DNA from: Candidatus Hermodarchaeota archaeon
Lineage (GTDB): Archaea > Asgardarchaeota > Lokiarchaeia > Sigyniarchaeales > SOKP01
Direction of reading: 5' to 3'
NCBI GenBank assembly: GCA_048885535.1
Contig: JBHLLO010000087.1
Span: forward strand, 1-10,178
Length of the DNA stretch: 10,178 nucleotides
Part shown: positions 1 through 5,048 of the stretch, piece after piece
Position numbering within the stretch: position 1 is the stretch's first letter
Layout: each line of letters starts with the position of its first letter
Translations under genes and position numbers: made by a program
Notes under the pieces: model-generated
The model's database searches: none
Told to the model about the DNA's origin: nothing
What the model saw: the letters and a program-made list of their open reading frames with translations, nothing else

Positions 1-149
1 TATTGTTTAATCGTTATAATTTAATAAGAGAATGATTTATAATAATTATTTTGATGTCATTTTATAAAAATTTAAATAAAAATTTTGCATATAATTCTTT
101 TTGAAGTGTGATTGATTAATTTTTTATAATAAGCGGATTTGAGCTACTT

Positions 150-1115
150 TTGAAAAAAAAAAAGAAGTCTTCTTCTGAAGAAACTAATTGTCAACATAAG
201 AATATTGAACAGAATGGTGGTTATTTAGTTTGTAAAGACTGCGGTTTAACTTTCGAAGATCGCATTGCTTTTGAGGAATCAACATCTCCAGTATCATATT
301 CAGACTCCCAAGTAGATTATGAACGAAAAATTAAGTTAAGTGATTCAAAAGCAACTCAAGACCCAAAAATTAAACAAAAGTATGATCAAATTAAAACTCT
401 GGACAAATGGTATAGAGATTATCAATCAAGCTTCTATGAACAAAAGAAAACTCTTGATCTTTTTAAGAGTTATGGGATAGGATTAAATATTAATAAAGTA
501 AAATACCAGGAAATTAGGGATAGGTATCTTAAATATAACAAATATCATAGACATACCTATCAAAATATGGTTATAATCTTTTTAGCAATTATTTGGATGG
601 AGATAAAAGATACAACAAGAGTAAGGATAGAAGAATTTATTAGAATTTCAAGAGAATTAGGCCATAAAATCAATAAAAAAATGCTTAATAATGCCATGCA
701 TAAAGTTATGCGAACAGAGTATATTTTTAATAAAGATCTCAAGGATAAATCGACTCTAGAGCGTGAGATTAAAGAAAGGATAAAGATTTTATTCCAAAAA
801 GACCTAAACAATATCAACTATGATAAGATAAAGAATCACTTTTCTAGTAAATCAGAATATGATAAAGTAAAAATTGAAATGCAATTATTAGCTAATAAAC
901 TGCTACAAAAAATAGAATATAGCCAAATACAAAATCTGAATTATAAAGCATTTACAGCAGGTTTAATTTATTATATAGGACAAACACTTGATAATAAGAA
1001 AATTTTTACTCAGAGTATTATTGAAGAAACAACTAAATTCTCGAGTACTACAATTAGAAAAAAATTTAATACATTAAAAGAAATATTAGGAGATCCTAAA
1101 ATAAATAGGTCATAA
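150..1115 (+). CDS. Divergent transcription initiation factor IIB (TFB/TFIIB)-like protein: N-terminal Zn ribbon plus cyclin-like core
   Basis: N-terminal C14-x-H16...GYLV-C28-KD-C31-GL matches the TFIIB Zn ribbon (canonical GExVCxxCGLV). The C-terminal AFTAGLIYY...TQSIIEETTKFSSTTIRKKFNTLKEIL aligns by eye to the second TFB cyclin repeat and BRE-binding HTH (AAALY...TQREVAEVARVTEVTVRNRYKELVE). The 321 aa length fits TFB. TTG start. Confidence 0.75.
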   Translation: MKKKKKSSSEETNCQHKNIEQNGGYLVCKDCGLTFEDRIAFEESTSPVSYSDSQVDYERKIKLSDSKATQDPKIKQKYDQIKTLDKWYRDYQSSFYEQKKTLDLFKSYGIGLNINKVKYQEIRDRYLKYNKYHRHTYQNMVIIFLAIIWMEIKDTTRVRIEEFIRISRELGHKINKKMLNNAMHKVMRTEYIFNKDLKDKSTLEREIKERIKILFQKDLNNINYDKIKNHFSSKSEYDKVKIEMQLLANKLLQKIEYSQIQNLNYKAFTAGLIYYIGQTLDNKKIFTQSIIEETTKFSSTTIRKKFNTLKEILGDPKINRS

Positions 1116-1145
1116 TTAATCATTCGTTTAAAGGATGATTAATTA
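1113..1145. repeat. 11-bp perfect inverted repeat overlapping the TFB-like stop codon (possible hairpin or dimeric regulator site)
   Basis: TAATTAATCAT (1113-1123) is the exact reverse complement of ATGATTAATTA (1135-1145). The stem extends by U-G and C-G pairs (1124/1134, 1125/1133), leaving a 7-nt loop. Function is inferred. Confidence 0.5.
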
Positions 1146-1206
1146 ATAAGGTTTAATTCTATAATTATAATTATTCTATAATAGCAATAACGTTTAAATC
1201 GAAACA

Positions 1207-4053
1207 ATGTCAGAAATTTCAATCTCCTATTCAAATTACCATTCTCAAAATATAACAGAACTAATTAAAACATTTAATACTGATACTGAGAAAGGTTTAA
1301 AATCATCTGATTTAGAGACCCGATATTCTAAGTTTGGATATAATGAGTTACCCAGAATTAAAAAGTCGATTTGGAAGATATACCTAGCTCCTATTTTCAA
1401 TTTTTTAATTATTATTTTATTAGTTGCAGGAGTTATTGTATTCTTTTTAGGCTCACCTGGTTCAACAGTAATAACTTTTATAGTCGTGTTCCTAAATTCA
1501 ATTACAGTAATAATTCAACAATTTAGAGCACAAAAAGCTCTTGAATCTTTAAGAAAAATTGGCGCGTTAAAAGCTGAGGTTCTAAGAGATGGTGTTCAAT
1601 TTGAAATTCCAACTCGAGAATTAGCCCCAGGAGACATTATATTATTAGAACAAGGAGATAAAATCCCTGCTGATGGTAGAATAATTACTGATACTAATTT
1701 AACAATTGATGAAGCTCCTTTAACTGGTGAGAGCGAGCCAGTTGAAAAGCATAGTGAAGTACTACGAAATGGGGATTTACCAATACAAAAACAACTTAAT
1801 ATGGTATTCATGGGGACGTACATCAATACTGGAAGAGGAAAAGCATTAGTGACCAGAACAGGTATTAATACCGAGATTGGGAAAATCTCTAATCAACTGA
1901 ATGAAATGGGAAGTATAGAAGAAATCCCTCTGACTAAAAAATTAAACCGAATAGGATATATTTTAGGAAGTATTGTAATTCTGATCCTCATAACCTTAAT
2001 TATCTATAAATTCACGCTTTTAGGGTTACAGGGACTTTTATATGGAGATTATGTTAGTGAAGCATTAATTAGTTCAATCCTTAGGTCAATGAATATTATG
2101 CCTATAAATTTACCTATATTAACCACTTTGGTCTTAATCACAGGAGTCCTTAAAATGGCTGAAAGTGGAGTAATAATAAAAAATCTTTCAGCAATTGAAT
2201 CCTTAGGTAGGGTTTCTGTGATTTGCTCAGATAAAACTGGAACTATAACTAGAAATGAGATGGAAGTAGATAAATTTTTTATTAATAATAAAGAATATTG
2301 CGTGACAGGTTCAGGTTATGAAGCTGAGGGTGAAATATTAGATAATGGTACAGTTGTAAATTTAAAAGATAACAAAACATTTCAGAAATTCATTGAATCA
2401 AGTGTACTGAATAATAATGCGAGACTCATCTATGAAGATGTAAAAGTTAAACATAAAGATTTTAAAGAAATAGCAGTTAGAAGAGCGTTAGGATCACCTA
2501 CAGAAGCAGCTCTATTAACGTTAGCTGAAAAAGCAGGTTACGTTTTATATGATCTTACAAAAGCTTATGAAAAAGTAAGGGAATTTTCATTTAGTTCCGA
2601 TGTCAAACGAATGTCAACGATATGTAGGTTAAATGATGACAAAGAAATTAATTATGTTTTCTCCAAAGGGGCTCCAGAAAAGATATTAGAAATTAGTAAT
2701 AATATTGAGATTAATGGAACAGTAGAAGTATTATCCACAGACAAAAAAAATGAATTATTGGAAAAAATACAAGCTAAAGCAAAACAAGGATATAGGACAT
2801 TAGCGGTTGCTTATAAAACATTAAAAGATAAGATTGAAGAAACAAGAGAAACTGTTGAAAAAGAGTTGACTTTTCTGAGTTTCTTGTCAATAATGGATCC
2901 ACCACGCAACTACGTTAAGGAATCAGTAGAGGAGTGCGAATCTGGAGGTATTAAAATTAAAATGATCACGGGTGATCATCCAAATACAGCTCAAACAATA
3001 GCCTCTCAAATGCGAATTTTTAAACCTAACGATTTGGTTATTGAAGGTTCTGAAGTAGCTTCCATACCAGACAATGAATTTAGCCGAGTTTCAGTTTTTG
3101 CAAGAGTGTCTCCGTCAGATAAAGAAGTTATAGTTAAAAAATATCAAGATGCTAACAAGATTGTTGCTATGACTGGAGATGGGATTAATGACGCTTTAGC
3201 TCTTAAATTGGCAAATACTGGAATAGCTATGGGGATTACAGGTACTGATGTAGCGAAAGAAACTGCAGATCTAGTAATATCTGACGATGATTTCACTTCA
3301 ATAGTGAAGGGAGTGAAGATTGGGAGAGGCTTATTTGCTAAAATCAGAGTTATAGTCTACTTTTTTATATGTTTGAATATAATGGAAGCTCTGATCTTCT
3401 TTAGCTATGAATTTATACCACCAGGAATATTTCAATTATTTAGTTCCGAGTGGCAGCACATTTATATTTTTGGAATAGTTCATTCACTTCCCTCTTTAGC
3501 ATTAGTTGTAGATAAAGCTCCTAAAGATGTAATGCTTGAACCTCCAAGAGATAGTGAAGAAATATTAAACAGAAATATCTGGGGTTTATTATTAATTCAT
3601 GCTTTCCTTATGGGTTTAGGTTTAGTATTAGCATTACAATTAACTTTAGCTAACCTAATTCCATTAAATTCATATAATATTAATTTAAGTTATCCAGGAT
3701 CAATAGAGTTGGCCCAAAAAGCAAGGACAATGTTTATAACTACTCTTTTCATAGTAGAAACCAACTTTATTTGGAGTATTAGAAGACCAAATAAGTCACT
3801 TTTTAAAAGTATTAAGGAGGAATTTAGTTGGAAATTGTTTCTTATTTGCTTTTTCACTTTAGCATTGCACGTCTTACATATTATTTTTTCAGCGCCTATA
3901 AATTATTTTGTAAATGATGTCCTTAATTTCCAAATTAACTTCATGTTTCTTAGCCCATCAGATTGGTTAATTTGTATCTTATTATCTCTACCAGGCATTG
4001 TCGGAATTGAAGTAGTAAAGTTTGTGGCAAGAAGAAAAAACATTAGATTTTAA
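1207..4053 (+). CDS. P-type ATPase A, type II (SERCA/P2A-like) scaffold with non-canonical substrate site
   Basis: Cation_ATPase_N-like GL...R..KFGYNEL; A-domain PGD, IPAD and TGES (1723-1734); phosphorylation site CSDKTGT (D342, nt 2230); N-domain PTEAAL and KGAPE; hinge DPPR; MITGD; FARVSP..K; GDGIND; about 10 TM helices. Substrate not assignable. Confidence 0.95.
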   Translation: MSEISISYSNYHSQNITELIKTFNTDTEKGLKSSDLETRYSKFGYNELPRIKKSIWKIYLAPIFNFLIIILLVAGVIVFFLGSPGSTVITFIVVFLNSITVIIQQFRAQKALESLRKIGALKAEVLRDGVQFEIPTRELAPGDIILLEQGDKIPADGRIITDTNLTIDEAPLTGESEPVEKHSEVLRNGDLPIQKQLNMVFMGTYINTGRGKALVTRTGINTEIGKISNQLNEMGSIEEIPLTKKLNRIGYILGSIVILILITLIIYKFTLLGLQGLLYGDYVSEALISSILRSMNIMPINLPILTTLVLITGVLKMAESGVIIKNLSAIESLGRVSVICSDKTGTITRNEMEVDKFFINNKEYCVTGSGYEAEGEILDNGTVVNLKDNKTFQKFIESSVLNNNARLIYEDVKVKHKDFKEIAVRRALGSPTEAALLTLAEKAGYVLYDLTKAYEKVREFSFSSDVKRMSTICRLNDDKEINYVFSKGAPEKILEISNNIEINGTVEVLSTDKKNELLEKIQAKAKQGYRTLAVAYKTLKDKIEETRETVEKELTFLSFLSIMDPPRNYVKESVEECESGGIKIKMITGDHPNTAQTIASQMRIFKPNDLVIEGSEVASIPDNEFSRVSVFARVSPSDKEVIVKKYQDANKIVAMTGDGINDALALKLANTGIAMGITGTDVAKETADLVISDDDFTSIVKGVKIGRGLFAKIRVIVYFFICLNIMEALIFFSYEFIPPGIFQLFSSEWQHIYIFGIVHSLPSLALVVDKAPKDVMLEPPRDSEEILNRNIWGLLLIHAFLMGLGLVLALQLTLANLIPLNSYNINLSYPGSIELAQKARTMFITTLFIVETNFIWSIRRPNKSLFKSIKEEFSWKLFLICFFTLALHVLHIIFSAPINYFVNDVLNFQINFMFLSPSDWLICILLSLPGIVGIEVVKFVARRKNIRF

Positions 4054-4077
4054 ATTGTCCATTGAAAAGGGAAATTA

Positions 4078-4899
4078 ATGAATGAAATAAATGATATTAA
4101 AATCCCTACACGGTTTAGCCTATTAAAAAAATATGGTGGAATAATCTTTATTGCCGCCATTTTAATCTTGTTTATTATTTTAGCATTACTAAATATTAAT
4201 TTTGGTCAGTGGCTTGCCAATACTGTTATGTGGTTTTACAATGAATTCGGGGACATTGGAATATATCTTGGTATATTTTTTATAAGTATTTTTGGTAATT
4301 TCACAATTATTTTTCCAGTTCCTTATGTTGTTGCTTTGATTGTGATATCCGCAGTTATACCTGGTGTAAACCCAATCTTAATTGGTATTGTAGCCGGATT
4401 AGGAGCAAGTTTAGGAGAAGTTAGTGCATGGTTAATAGGACGTAGTTCAAAGGAATTCATTGGTGATTCTAAAAGTATGAACCGAATGAAAAAATATGTG
4501 GAGAAAGGATGGGCTCCAATATTGATCTTCATTTTTGCTGCAACTCCACTTCCAGATGATGCTTTTTTAATTGTTCTTGGACTTGCTCAATATAGTCTTG
4601 TAAAAACATTGATATACTGCTTTTTGGGGAAATTTATCTTGTGTTTTTTATGTAGTGCTCTACCCATTTGGTTAGCAGAGACTCCTTTAGGCATTTTTCT
4701 TTTTGGTTTATTCGGTATAGATATTGAAGCTGCTAGAACAGGAATCATTCCTCCTAGTTCCCCTTTAGAGGTTTTACAAACTTCATTAGTTTGGGCCGCT
4801 TCAATTATTATTTTATTCTTATTAGTATATATTGACTGGAATAAAGTAATTCAAAAAGTTAGAGAGAAAATAAAACCTAATTCAAAACTGAATTCTTAA
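4078..4899 (+). CDS. DedA/VTT (SNARE_assoc) family membrane protein, VMP1/YqaA-like; putative lipid scramblase
   Basis: Very hydrophobic. Re-entrant Pro motifs IFPVPY and AATPLPDD, GLGASLGE..AWLIGR, and C-terminal FLGK resemble the VMP1 motifs GTAIGE / IPNPLFD / LIGK. Starts 24 nt after the ATPase A stop. Confidence 0.85.
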   Translation: MNEINDIKIPTRFSLLKKYGGIIFIAAILILFIILALLNINFGQWLANTVMWFYNEFGDIGIYLGIFFISIFGNFTIIFPVPYVVALIVISAVIPGVNPILIGIVAGLGASLGEVSAWLIGRSSKEFIGDSKSMNRMKKYVEKGWAPILIFIFAATPLPDDAFLIVLGLAQYSLVKTLIYCFLGKFILCFLCSALPIWLAETPLGIFLFGLFGIDIEAARTGIIPPSSPLEVLQTSLVWAASIIILFLLVYIDWNKVIQKVREKIKPNSKLNS

Positions 4900-5012
4900 T
4901 TATTCTACCATTTTAAGTATATCCTAATTTATTAATTCAAAAAGAAATAAAATAAAAATAATTGTTATTATTGTCTATCTATTAAAATGATTTAATCTTA
5001 TCATAATATATT

Positions 5013-5026
5013 AGAAAATTTTTAAA
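5013..5026 (+). promoter_or_regulatory. Candidate archaeal BRE-TATA promoter for ATPase B
   Basis: Purine-rich AGAAAA (5013-5018) immediately followed by TTTTTAAA (5019-5026), ending 22 nt before the ATG at 5049, within a 149-bp intergenic gap. The AT-rich background lowers specificity. Confidence 0.4.
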
Positions 5027-5048
5027 AGTCGCGGGAGAGAATAGCCTT

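Noticed and set aside
1-149. Divergent gene starting at CAT 58-60 on the minus strand
   Set aside because: It reads ATG ACA TCA AAA TAA and stops after four codons; the region looks intergenic.
150-167. KKKKK as a nuclear localisation signal or sign of eukaryotic origin
   Set aside because: Intronless, tightly packed genes with TTG starts indicate a prokaryote, and Lys runs are common in AT-rich genomes.
560-817. 85-aa minus-strand ORF
   Set aside because: Antisense shadow inside the TFB-like gene with no motif; hydrophobicity follows from A-rich sense codons.
1596-1826. 76-aa minus-strand ORF
   Set aside because: Antisense to the conserved A-domain of ATPase A; no independent support.
3778-3794. 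17-nt exact repeat ATTAGAAGACCAAATAA, also at 7674-7690
   Set aside because: It encodes the conserved IRRPNK peptide in both paralogs, so it reflects coding homology rather than a mobile or regulatory repeat.
4323-4532. 69-aa minus-strand ORF
   Set aside because: Antisense shadow of the DedA gene.
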